A DNA stretch of 64,000 nt from the NCBI GenBank assembly GCA_001786765.1, contig MFTH01000008.1, forward strand, positions 2,939 to 66,938, in the 5' to 3' direction. Within the stretch, counting starts at the first letter, position 1, and every line of letters starts with the position of its first letter. Below are positions 32,271-39,718 of this stretch, piece by piece. The notes below the pieces were generated by a model. It ran no database searches and was not told where the DNA came from. It saw only the letters and a list, made by a program, of their open reading frames with translations. Origin of the DNA: Candidatus Nomurabacteria bacterium RIFCSPHIGHO2_01_FULL_37_25 (GTDB lineage: Bacteria > Patescibacteriota > Minisyncoccia > Phycocordibacterales > UBA9973). A program made the translations under genes and the position numbers.

Positions 32271-32493
32271 GAAGCAAAATGTAACGAATAGGCAGTTTCA
32301 ACAATTTTTAATATATGTCGGTTGTTCTTTTAAAAGATCTAAAGGAGATCATTTTGTATATGCGCGTTCCGATTTAATACGCCCTATTATAGTTCCTAAA
32401 GATAATCCTCTACCTCAATTTATTATAAGAAATAATCTTAAATTGCTTGGAATGTCTTGGGAAGAATTTTTCAATATAATTGATAGAATATAA
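32263..32493 (+). CDS. HicA-family toxin
   Basis: G..F.RSKGDH, RPIIVP, II..NL..LG. Confidence 0.75.
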   Translation: MPKKQNVTNRQFQQFLIYVGCSFKRSKGDHFVYARSDLIRPIIVPKDNPLPQFIIRNNLKLLGMSWEEFFNIIDRI

Positions 32494-32496
32494 ATT

Positions 32497-32567
32497 AAAC
32501 CCGCAGTCCAAAGAGATACTCAAATGTCTTTATTGTTTCTCGTCGTAAGACTGGGAAGAATAAATAA
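32497..32567 (+). repeat. 71-bp direct repeat, copy 2
   Basis: Identical to the rplB 3' end 31862-31932. Confidence 0.92.
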
Positions 32568-32661
32568 GACCTCACCTAAACCAAAAATTGTTTTTCCACA
32601 TTTTGCTGTTGCATTATTTCAAATATAATGTTAAAAAAACAAGCAGAAAGGGGGTGATGGT

Positions 32662-32778
32662 GTGGCAGTGATGCAAGTAAAAAGAACTCTTGCTAGAGCA
32701 AGGAAGAAAAAGGACCGCTTCTACTGGCATAAGAAGCGGCAGGCAACACGCTTAAGGAAAAGGAGGGTGAAAAGATGA
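32662..32778 (+). CDS. Small highly basic protein (eL41/bS22-like candidate)
   Basis: (MAV)MQVKRTLARARKKKDRFYWHKKRQATRLRKRRVKR*; SD-like AAAGGGGG upstream and GC hairpin downstream. Confidence 0.55.
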   Translation: MAVMQVKRTLARARKKKDRFYWHKKRQATRLRKRRVKR

Positions 32779-32832
32779 TACTGTTGTGGGGCTCTCTATT
32801 AAGGGGCCCCACTGTTGTTTTTACTCAAATAT

Positions 32833-32860
32833 TTGACATTTTACTCTTATTTGCTACTAT
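32833..32860 (+). promoter_or_regulatory. Putative internal sigma70 promoter for rpsS onward
   Basis: TTGACA-N16-TACTAT. Confidence 0.6.
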
Positions 32861-32902
32861 AAAACCAAGCTCGATTCGAGCTTTTTGTTTATATAAATTA
32901 TG

Positions 32903-33025
32903 ATCCCGTTAGAGATTATTCGGTTAAAATTTAACGGTTTATATAATGTATATACTAAAGTGAAATTATTAGTTTTAATAAGAAGACACAACGGAAATCT
33001 AAAGATTTCCTATCTCTAACGGGAT
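32903..33025. mobile_element. Start-codon TIR element copy 3 (before rpsS)
   Basis: ATCCCGTTAGAGAT...ATCTCTAACGGGAT; ATGA on both sides. Confidence 0.88.
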
Positions 33026-33377
33026 GACAAGATCAATCAAAAAAGGCGTATATGTGGATGAAAGGCTTTTAAAAAAGATTGCCGGCAAAAATCCTCTTAA
33101 TACAGGAACCATAAAAACATGGAAGAGAGCTTGTGTTATATCTCCCGATATGCTCGGTTTTACTTTTGGTGTTTATAATGGCAAGGTTCATGTGGATGTC
33201 TTTGTTACTGAAGACATGGTGGGGCACAGATTGGGAGAATTTTCTCCAACAAAGAAATTTACAAAACACGGCGGAAAGATGCAGAAAGAACTCGAACAAA
33301 AGAAAATGGAAGCTGAAATAAATGCCGCCAAAGGGGCGACTGCGGCCGCGGCTGACGCCAAGGGCAGTAAAAAGTAG
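33024..33377 (+). CDS. rpsS: 30S ribosomal protein S19
   Basis: [20 protein letters not shown]. Confidence 0.98.
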   Translation: MTRSIKKGVYVDERLLKKIAGKNPLNTGTIKTWKRACVISPDMLGFTFGVYNGKVHVDVFVTEDMVGHRLGEFSPTKKFTKHGGKMQKELEQKKMEAEINAAKGATAAAADAKGSKK

Positions 33378-33383
33378 GAATGA

Positions 33384-33505
33384 ATCCCGTTAGAAGCCAC
33401 GATCGCAATTTGAAAAGAAACAAAAATATGAAATCAAGCATTATAAAAATTAATAATATAAAATATCAGACATGCGAGTTGATCGCGATCTGCTTCTAAC
33501 GGGAT
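33384..33505. mobile_element. Start-codon TIR element copy 4 (before rplV)
   Basis: ATCCCGTTAGAAGC...GCTTCTAACGGGAT; ATGAA on both sides. Confidence 0.88.
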
Positions 33506-33896
33506 GAAAGCATTTTTAAAAAATTACAGACAGGCTCCGAGGAAAGTTCGCTTGGTTGCGAGTCTCTTAAAGGGCAAGAGTGTTGTGGAAGCCCTAGCCG
33601 AGCTTGATTTTTTAGCCAAACGCGCAGGACTGCCTATAAAAAAGCTTTTAATTTCCGCAGTTTCCAATGCAAAATCTATGGGAATTCAAACAGATAATTT
33701 ATTTATAAAAGAATTGCGAGTAGATAAAGGCATAACAATGAAAAGAATGATGCCGGCGGCTATGGGCACAGGACACAGGATAAATAAACGCACGAGCCAT
33801 TTGAATTTGTTGCTCGCAGAAAAAGTTTTAGCAGTTAAAAATTCTCCAAAAAGGACAGTCCTTAAGAGAGTTTCCCCAAGGACCGTCCTTAAGTAA
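33504..33896 (+). CDS. rplV: 50S ribosomal protein L22
   Basis: RQAPRKVRLV, KRTSHL. Confidence 0.96.
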   Translation: MKAFLKNYRQAPRKVRLVASLLKGKSVVEALAELDFLAKRAGLPIKKLLISAVSNAKSMGIQTDNLFIKELRVDKGITMKRMMPAAMGTGHRINKRTSHLNLLLAEKVLAVKNSPKRTVLKRVSPRTVLK

Positions 33897-33900
33897 TAAC

Positions 33901-34614
33901 ATGTCAAAAATAGTTCATCCATACGCCCATAGATTAGTAATACTTCGAGACTGGAAAAGTCGCTGGTTTGCTGATTCGAAAAAATACGTTTCTTATTTAA
34001 AAGGGGACGTCCTTATACGTCAATATTTAGAAAAGAAATTGCGTGGCATGTATATTTCTTCAATTGAAATTGAAAGAAGCCGAAAAGCGACTAGGTTTAT
34101 AATCAAAACTTCTCGACCCGGTCTTATCATAGGCAGGAATGGCGAAGGAGCAACAAAATTAAAAGAAGATATTTTGAAAAAAATGGATAAATTGAAACTT
34201 CCAAAGCCGGAAGATTTCAAACTTGAAATTATTGAAGTAACAAATCCAGAAGCCGATGCCGCGATTGTGGCATATATGATTGCCGAAGGGTTAGAGAAAA
34301 GATTGCCATATCGTCGTGTTATTAAAACAATTATTGAAAAAGTTATGGCGGCGCGCGGAGTAGAAGGAGCGAGAGTGGTTCTCTCAGGCAGGTTGGGAGG
34401 AGCTGACATTGCTCGCACAGAAGAGCTCAAACGCGGGTCTATTCCGCTTCAGAGTTTCCGCGCTGATATTGATTTCAAGCGCGAGCGCGCCACTTTGTCT
34501 TATGGTGTTGTCGGCATAAAGGTTTGGATTTATCGCGGTAAAATTTTTGCCGACAAGAATATGAAAAATACAAAAAAGAACGAAATATTAGAAAATAAAA
34601 CAAAGTCTGATTAA
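33901..34614 (+). CDS. rpsC: 30S ribosomal protein S3
   Basis: RPGLIIG, SGRLGGA, GVVGIKVWI. Confidence 0.98.
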   Translation: MSKIVHPYAHRLVILRDWKSRWFADSKKYVSYLKGDVLIRQYLEKKLRGMYISSIEIERSRKATRFIIKTSRPGLIIGRNGEGATKLKEDILKKMDKLKLPKPEDFKLEIIEVTNPEADAAIVAYMIAEGLEKRLPYRRVIKTIIEKVMAARGVEGARVVLSGRLGGADIARTEELKRGSIPLQSFRADIDFKRERATLSYGVVGIKVWIYRGKIFADKNMKNTKKNEILENKTKSD

Positions 34615-34618
34615 TTTT

Positions 34619-35047
34619 ATGTTAGTACCTAAAAAAGTAAAATTTAGAAAATGGCAGACTATGCGTAGTAATCCTAAAAAGACTTCGCCCGACACTCGCG
34701 GGACAAAACTTTCTTTTGGCTCTTATGGTCTAAAATCAGAAAGTCAAACACGCATCAAGTCGACCCAGATTGAAGCTGCCCGAAAGGTAATAGCCCGAAC
34801 ACTTACTAAAGCCGGTAAGTATTGGATTCGTATTTTCCCAGATCGTCCTTATACTTCTAAAGCCGCAGAGATGGGTATGGGAAAAGGTAAAGGGGATCCG
34901 CAAGGATATTGTTTTGATGTTTTTCCCGGACGCATCATTTTTGAAGTGGATGGAGTAAATGAAAAAATCGCCAAGGAGGCGCTTAGAAAGGCTGGTAGTA
35001 AATTGCCAATCTCTGTTAGAATTATGTCCAGAACGCATAAGCAGTAG
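34619..35047 (+). CDS. rplP: 50S ribosomal protein L16
   Basis: QIEAAR, WIRIFPD, MGKGKG. Confidence 0.98.
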   Translation: MLVPKKVKFRKWQTMRSNPKKTSPDTRGTKLSFGSYGLKSESQTRIKSTQIEAARKVIARTLTKAGKYWIRIFPDRPYTSKAAEMGMGKGKGDPQGYCFDVFPGRIIFEVDGVNEKIAKEALRKAGSKLPISVRIMSRTHKQ

Positions 35048-35062
35048 GTTGCGAAAAAATAT

Positions 35063-35263
35063 ATGAAAAATAAAAAAGAAAACTTGAAAGATATGAAAAA
35101 AGACGAACTCAACAAAAAGCTCGCTGTTTTACGAGAAAATGCAAGAGTTATAAGGTTTAAGTCTGAAGGTTCAAAATCAAAAAATGTGAAAGAACTTTCA
35201 GTTTTAAGGAAAAACATAGCTCGGATTTTAACGGAAATCAACCGTCAAAAAGTTATGAAGTAA
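35063..35263 (+). CDS. rpmC: 50S ribosomal protein L29
   Basis: [10 protein letters not shown]; synteny. Confidence 0.92.
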   Translation: MKNKKENLKDMKKDELNKKLAVLRENARVIRFKSEGSKSKNVKELSVLRKNIARILTEINRQKVMK

Positions 35264-35277
35264 TTTTTATAAAAAAA

Positions 35278-35535
35278 ATGACAACAAAAATAGAAAGAAA
35301 AAATAAAAAAGGAAAAGGTAGCATCTTAAACGGGGTGGTGGTTTCAGACAAAATGGAAAAGACTGTTGTTGTAACTGTATCCAGATTTATCAAGCATCCC
35401 TTGTATGGTAAATATTATAAAGTGAGCAAAAAATACAAAGCGCATGACGAGGAAAATAAATATAAAGTGGGAGATAATATAGAGATAGTTGAGACAAAAC
35501 CAATTTCAAAAGACAAACATTTTGCCGTAATTTAA
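35278..35535 (+). CDS. rpsQ: 30S ribosomal protein S17
   Basis: [26 protein letters not shown]. Confidence 0.97.
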   Translation: MTTKIERKNKKGKGSILNGVVVSDKMEKTVVVTVSRFIKHPLYGKYYKVSKKYKAHDEENKYKVGDNIEIVETKPISKDKHFAVI

Positions 35536-35562
35536 CGAACGAAGTGAGTATAAATTACGAGC

Positions 35563-35665
35563 ATCCCGCCCCACTTTTAACATTAACATTTATTATCAAA
35601 TAAAAATTTTACAAACAATGAATTTTAAGTTAGTATCAAATTAATTATTAAAAGTGGAGCGGGAT
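35563..35665. mobile_element. Related TIR element, type B copy 1 (rpsQ-rplN spacer)
   Basis: ATCCCGCCCCACTTTTAA...TTAAAAGTGGAGCGGGAT; interior similar to 36111-36214. Confidence 0.8.
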
Positions 35666-35706
35666 GACGATTTTTATAGTCATTTCATTCCTTAAAAATC
35701 AGTCAT

Positions 35707-36078
35707 ATGATTCAAGCAGGCACATGGGTAAAAATAACAGATAACGCCGGAGGCACTGTAGGCAAAGTGTTCAAGATTTTAGGGTCTTCTAAAAAAAGAT
35801 ATGCTTCTTTGGGTGAACAAGTGATTATTGCCGTAAAGGTGGCAAGTCCCAGAAAGGGAGTTAAAAAGAAAGATGTGCATCAGGCGGTCATTGTGCGTAC
35901 CAGAGCTGCCTTTAGGAGAAAGGATGGATCTTATATTCGTTTTGATGATAATGCTGTGGTTCTTATAGAAAAAGGAAAGCTTGATCCAAAGGCTGGGCGT
36001 ATTTTCGGGCCAATTCCGAGAGAGCTCGCCGAGAAGGGATTTCAGAAAATTATTTCTTTAGCGCAGGAGGTCCTGTAA
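35707..36078 (+). CDS. rplN: 50S ribosomal protein L14
   Basis: MIQ..DNAG, FDDNAVV, RIFGP. Confidence 0.98.
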   Translation: MIQAGTWVKITDNAGGTVGKVFKILGSSKKRYASLGEQVIIAVKVASPRKGVKKKDVHQAVIVRTRAAFRRKDGSYIRFDDNAVVLIEKGKLDPKAGRIFGPIPRELAEKGFQKIISLAQEVL

Positions 36079-36110
36079 ATTAATGAACGGAGTGAATATA
36101 ATTTACAAGG

Positions 36111-36214
36111 ATCCCGCCTCACTTTTAACACTAACATTCATAGATCAATTAAAATTTTACAAGCAATGAACTTTAAGTTATTATAAAAATTAAGTATTAA
36201 AAGTGGGGCGGGAT
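36111..36214. mobile_element. Related TIR element, type B copy 2 (rplN-rplX spacer)
   Basis: ATCCCGCCTCACTTTTAA...TTAAAAGTGGGGCGGGAT. Confidence 0.8.
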
Positions 36215-36250
36215 GCTCAAATTTGAAATTCGCTTCGCTCATAACAAATT

Positions 36251-36469
36251 ATGACAAAAATCAAAAAAGGAGACAATGTAACAATAATAACCGGCAAAGA
36301 TAAAGGTAAAAAAGGAAAAATCGTCCGTGTTTTGGTGAGTGAAAATAAAGTCATTATTGAAGGAGCGAATATGATGAAAAAACATCAGCGTCCGAGAAAG
36401 TCTGGTGAAAAAGGAAGTATAAAAAATATTGAGATGCCAATACATGCTTCCAATGTTAAGAAATTATAA
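36251..36469 (+). CDS. rplX: 50S ribosomal protein L24 (short)
   Basis: IKKGD.V.II.GKDKGK.G, E.PIHASNV. Confidence 0.95.
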   Translation: MTKIKKGDNVTIITGKDKGKKGKIVRVLVSENKVIIEGANMMKKHQRPRKSGEKGSIKNIEMPIHASNVKKL

Positions 36470-36489
36470 ATAGAGTAAGAAGGGATGAA

Positions 36490-36612
36490 ATCCCGTTAGA
36501 GATCCTTCAGTTAAAATAATCAATAGAGTAAAAATATTATGATAAGTTTAAATAAATTATTAATAGTTATAAAAAGAACGGAAATCTAAAGATTTCCTAT
36601 CTCTAACGGGAT
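36490..36612. mobile_element. Start-codon TIR element copy 5 (before rplE)
   Basis: ATCCCGTTAGAGAT...ATCTCTAACGGGAT; ATGAAA on both sides. Confidence 0.88.
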
Positions 36613-37186
36613 GAAACATTTAATTATAAAAGAAAAAGAGAAAGAAGTGTTTGAAAAAATGAAAGAAATTTTTCGTTTCAAAAATACTTTTGCCTCTCCA
36701 AAAATGCAAAAGATTGTGTTAAATGTCGGCACGGGGACAGCTATAAAAAAAGATAAGAATAAAAATGACGAAATATCTCTTCGTCTAGCGAAAATTACTG
36801 GGCAAAAGCCGGTTACTAGGGGTGCTAAGCATTCAATCGCATCTTTCAAAACCAGAGCGGGTGACCCAATAGGAATTGTTGTAACACTGCGAGGAAAAAG
36901 GATGTATGCTTTTTTAGAAAAACTTATCAATGTCGCTTTGCCTCGCACGAAAGACTTTCGCGGTATCGCTCGTACGGGAGTAGATAATATAGGCAATCTC
37001 ACTATCGGTATAAAGGAGCACACTATTTTCCCAGAAACAGCTGATGAGGACATTCGGGATATCTTTGGTATGTCTATTACTTTGGTTTCTTCCGCAAAAA
37101 ATAAAAAAGAAGGCACAGCTTTCTTTGAGCTTTTAGGCGTGCCTTTGAAGAAAGAAGAGTCTGTTCGCAAGATTAAGCAAGGATAA
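36611..37186 (+). CDS. rplE: 50S ribosomal protein L5
   Basis: KIVLNVG, ITGQKP, LPRTKDFRG. Confidence 0.98.
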   Translation: MKHLIIKEKEKEVFEKMKEIFRFKNTFASPKMQKIVLNVGTGTAIKKDKNKNDEISLRLAKITGQKPVTRGAKHSIASFKTRAGDPIGIVVTLRGKRMYAFLEKLINVALPRTKDFRGIARTGVDNIGNLTIGIKEHTIFPETADEDIRDIFGMSITLVSSAKNKKEGTAFFELLGVPLKKEESVRKIKQG

Positions 37187-37247
37187 GGGCAAGCAAGGAT
37201 AATCCTTGATATTTTAATTCTTGATATTTTTTACTGAAAAATTTATT

Positions 37248-37276
37248 TGACTATTTTTGTTTCTTTTGATAGTATG
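37248..37276 (+). promoter_or_regulatory. Putative internal promoter upstream of rpsN
   Basis: TTGACT followed ~16-17 nt later by TAGTAT. Confidence 0.5.
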
Positions 37277-37453
37277 AAAGAGTCTAGGATATAGATTGAT
37301 CTGTGTTTCTCCTTAAGGTCTAACAGTTTTTTCTGGGATTTTAAGAAAAAATACACGATATCGTCTAGTATCTGGATAGCTAATTAGCTTATGCCTTATA
37401 GCTAATTAGGAAATTCAAAGCTAGAAAGCTAAGTAGCTAATAAGTTAATTCAT

Positions 37454-37639
37454 ATGACAAAAACATCAGTCAAAGCTAGAGCCTTAAAGACACAGAAGTT
37501 TAGCACTCGGCAAAAAAACCGATGTTTTCGTTGTGGTCGAGGTAACGCTTTCATGAGAGATTTCGGTCTATGTCGTATTTGTTTTAGAGAATTGGCAAAC
37601 GAAGGAATGTTGCCGGGTGTTCGTAAATCAAGTTGGTAG
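37454..37639 (+). CDS. rpsN: 30S ribosomal protein S14, zinc-binding type
   Basis: [25 protein letters not shown]. Confidence 0.97.
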   Translation: MTKTSVKARALKTQKFSTRQKNRCFRCGRGNAFMRDFGLCRICFRELANEGMLPGVRKSSW

Positions 37640-37653
37640 TTCATAAAATCATT

Positions 37654-38070
37654 ATGGATTCAATTTCAAATATGATAATAATGTTAAAAAACGCAAGCTT
37701 GGCAGGCAAAGAGTCTGTATTCTTGCCATATTCTAAAATGAGAAATGCGATTGCGGAATGTTTAAAGAAAGAAGGATATGTTTCCAACATTTCCAAAAAA
37801 GTTTCTACTCGAGGCGGGTCCGTTTCAAACACAAAAAACAAACAGTCAATTCTCGAAGTAGGGTTAATGTACATTGACAAGAAGCCAAAAATTGTGGAAG
37901 TTGAGAGAATTTCTAAACAATCGAGGCGTGTTTATTTTAGAATAAAAGATATTCATACGGTTAAGAATGGTTCAGGATTACTCGTGCTTTCAACACCTAA
38001 GGGAATTTTGTCAGGTAGAGAAGCTCGCAAAGAGCAAGTCGGCGGTGAAGCATTGTTTAAAATTTGGTAG
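37654..38070 (+). CDS. rpsH: 30S ribosomal protein S8
   Basis: MDSISNM..KNA, LSTPKG, GGE. Confidence 0.96.
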   Translation: MDSISNMIIMLKNASLAGKESVFLPYSKMRNAIAECLKKEGYVSNISKKVSTRGGSVSNTKNKQSILEVGLMYIDKKPKIVEVERISKQSRRVYFRIKDIHTVKNGSGLLVLSTPKGILSGREARKEQVGGEALFKIW

Positions 38071-38110
38071 CCCCGACGTAAAGTCGGGGTCCCGACCGAA
38101 AGCGTCGGGA
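38071..38110. repeat. Double-hairpin repeat (CCCGAC..GTCGGG x2)
   Basis: Homologous to the in-frame insert in rplC at 29499-29543. Confidence 0.8.
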
Positions 38111-38131
38111 TTAACAAAAAATAAAAATTAT

Positions 38132-38677
38132 ATGAGTAGAATAGGAAAACAAGAAATACAAATACCAAAAGGAGTTGAAGTCACAAAAAATGGTGACATT
38201 TTGAAAGTTGCAGGACCTAAAGGAACACTCGTTAAAACTTTTCGTGATGATATTATTTTCAATATAGGAGATAAAACAATTACATTGAATACAAAAAGAA
38301 ACGATAAATTTTCCAAATCTCTTTGGGGTACTTATGTTTCGCATATAAAAAATATGATTATTGGCGTAGAGACGCCATATCAAAAGAAATTAATATTAGA
38401 AGGCGTCGGATTCAAATCTGAAGTCAAATCCGAAGGAAAGAATAATTTTTTTAACTTTGCGTTAGGATTTTCTCATCCGGTCATTGTAAAAATCCCAGAC
38501 ACGATCACTGCTACGGCTGAAAAAAATAATATTACAATTACTGGGATTGATAAAGAATTGGTCGGAAGTTTTGCCGCGGCTATTCGCGCGCTGAAGAAGC
38601 CGGAACCTTACAAAGGCAAAGGAATGCGTTATGAAGGTGAAGTTATTAGACGTAAGCAGGGGAAAAAGACGGTGTAG
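38132..38677 (+). CDS. rplF: 50S ribosomal protein L6
   Basis: MSRIGK, LGFSHP, PEPYKGKG. Confidence 0.98.
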   Translation: MSRIGKQEIQIPKGVEVTKNGDILKVAGPKGTLVKTFRDDIIFNIGDKTITLNTKRNDKFSKSLWGTYVSHIKNMIIGVETPYQKKLILEGVGFKSEVKSEGKNNFFNFALGFSHPVIVKIPDTITATAEKNNITITGIDKELVGSFAAAIRALKKPEPYKGKGMRYEGEVIRRKQGKKTV

Positions 38678-38714
38678 AATAGCTTATAGCTAACTAGCTA
38701 AAAAGCTTAAAATT

Positions 38715-39080
38715 ATGAAAAAGAAGCAAGACAAAAGAATAAGATTGAAGAAAAAAATTAGAGCAAAAATCAAAGGCACTTCGGCGCGTCCAAGGCTTTC
38801 TGTTTTTCGTTCTAATAAATTTATTTATGCGCAAGTCATCGATGATATCTTGGGTAAGACTTTGGCGGAAGCGAATGACTTGCCTCGCCGAGCCGAGCCG
38901 GGTGTAAAAATAACAAAAGGCACGAAATCAGAAAGAGCTAGAGAAGTAGGTCGGATGATTGGTCAAGCTTGTTTGCAAATAAAAATTAACAAAGTTGTTT
39001 TTGACCGAAATGGATTTAAGTATACTGGACGAATAAAATTAGTGGCAGATGAAGCGAGAACTGCTGGACTTAAATTCTAA
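38715..39080 (+). CDS. rplR: 50S ribosomal protein L18
   Basis: RPRLSVFRS, VFDRNG..Y.GR. Confidence 0.97.
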   Translation: MKKKQDKRIRLKKKIRAKIKGTSARPRLSVFRSNKFIYAQVIDDILGKTLAEANDLPRRAEPGVKITKGTKSERAREVGRMIGQACLQIKINKVVFDRNGFKYTGRIKLVADEARTAGLKF

Positions 39081-39104
39081 ATATTTATAAATAAATTAAA
39101 AAAA

Positions 39105-39695
39105 ATGGAAAAAGTAGAAAAAAAGAAGAATAGTAATCGCAGAGGGTCTTTTTTTGGGAGACCAAAACCAGAATTTGATCAAAAGATTTTAAATATTCGT
39201 CGTGTGACTAGAGTTGTCGCTGGGGGACGCAGGTTTTCTTTTAGTATAGCATTAGTAGTTGGAGACAAAAAAGGCTCTGTTGGTTTTGGTTTAGGAAAAG
39301 CTGGAGATACAGCGCTGGCAATTAATAAAGCTGTAAGAAATGCCAAAAAAAATATGGTTAAACTCAATTTGACGAAAACTATGTCTATCCCTCATGAACT
39401 TTCTGCCAAGTTTTCCAGCTCAAAAATTATACTTATGCCCAACAAGGGTCGTGGACTTGTCGCGGGTTCGGTTATTCGTGATGTAATAAAATTATCTGGC
39501 ATGAAAGATGTTACGGGAAAGATTTTATCTAATAGTAAAAATAAATTAAACAATGCCAAAGCAGTTATGAAAGCGCTTTCAGTTATTTCTTCAAAATATG
39601 CAAAAACTATACCAGAGAATTCTTTAATGGTTGCTGAAAAAGACATCGTTTTGCCTTTATCTATAAAAGAAGATGAAAAAAAAATTCAAAAATAA
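39105..39695 (+). CDS. rpsE: 30S ribosomal protein S5
   Basis: RRVTRVVAGGRRFSF, G.GKA. Confidence 0.97.
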   Translation: MEKVEKKKNSNRRGSFFGRPKPEFDQKILNIRRVTRVVAGGRRFSFSIALVVGDKKGSVGFGLGKAGDTALAINKAVRNAKKNMVKLNLTKTMSIPHELSAKFSSSKIILMPNKGRGLVAGSVIRDVIKLSGMKDVTGKILSNSKNKLNNAKAVMKALSVISSKYAKTIPENSLMVAEKDIVLPLSIKEDEKKIQK

Positions 39696-39718
39696 TATAA
39701 CTCTAAAAAATTAAACAA

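Noticed and set aside
29213-36612. Repeats as a CRISPR array
   Set aside because: Copies are dispersed singly at gene starts, are inverted-repeat bounded, have no regular repeat-spacer period, and no cas genes are present.
36586-37170. 194-aa antisense ORF over rplE and similar shadow ORFs (e.g. 8085-8651, 19077-19397)
   Set aside because: They lie opposite well-supported genes and have no recognisable motifs.
37967-38131. Long N-terminal extensions given by the ORF track for L6, S12, S7, L28 and others
   Set aside because: These are artefacts of choosing the first possible start; conserved N-termini begin at downstream ATGs.
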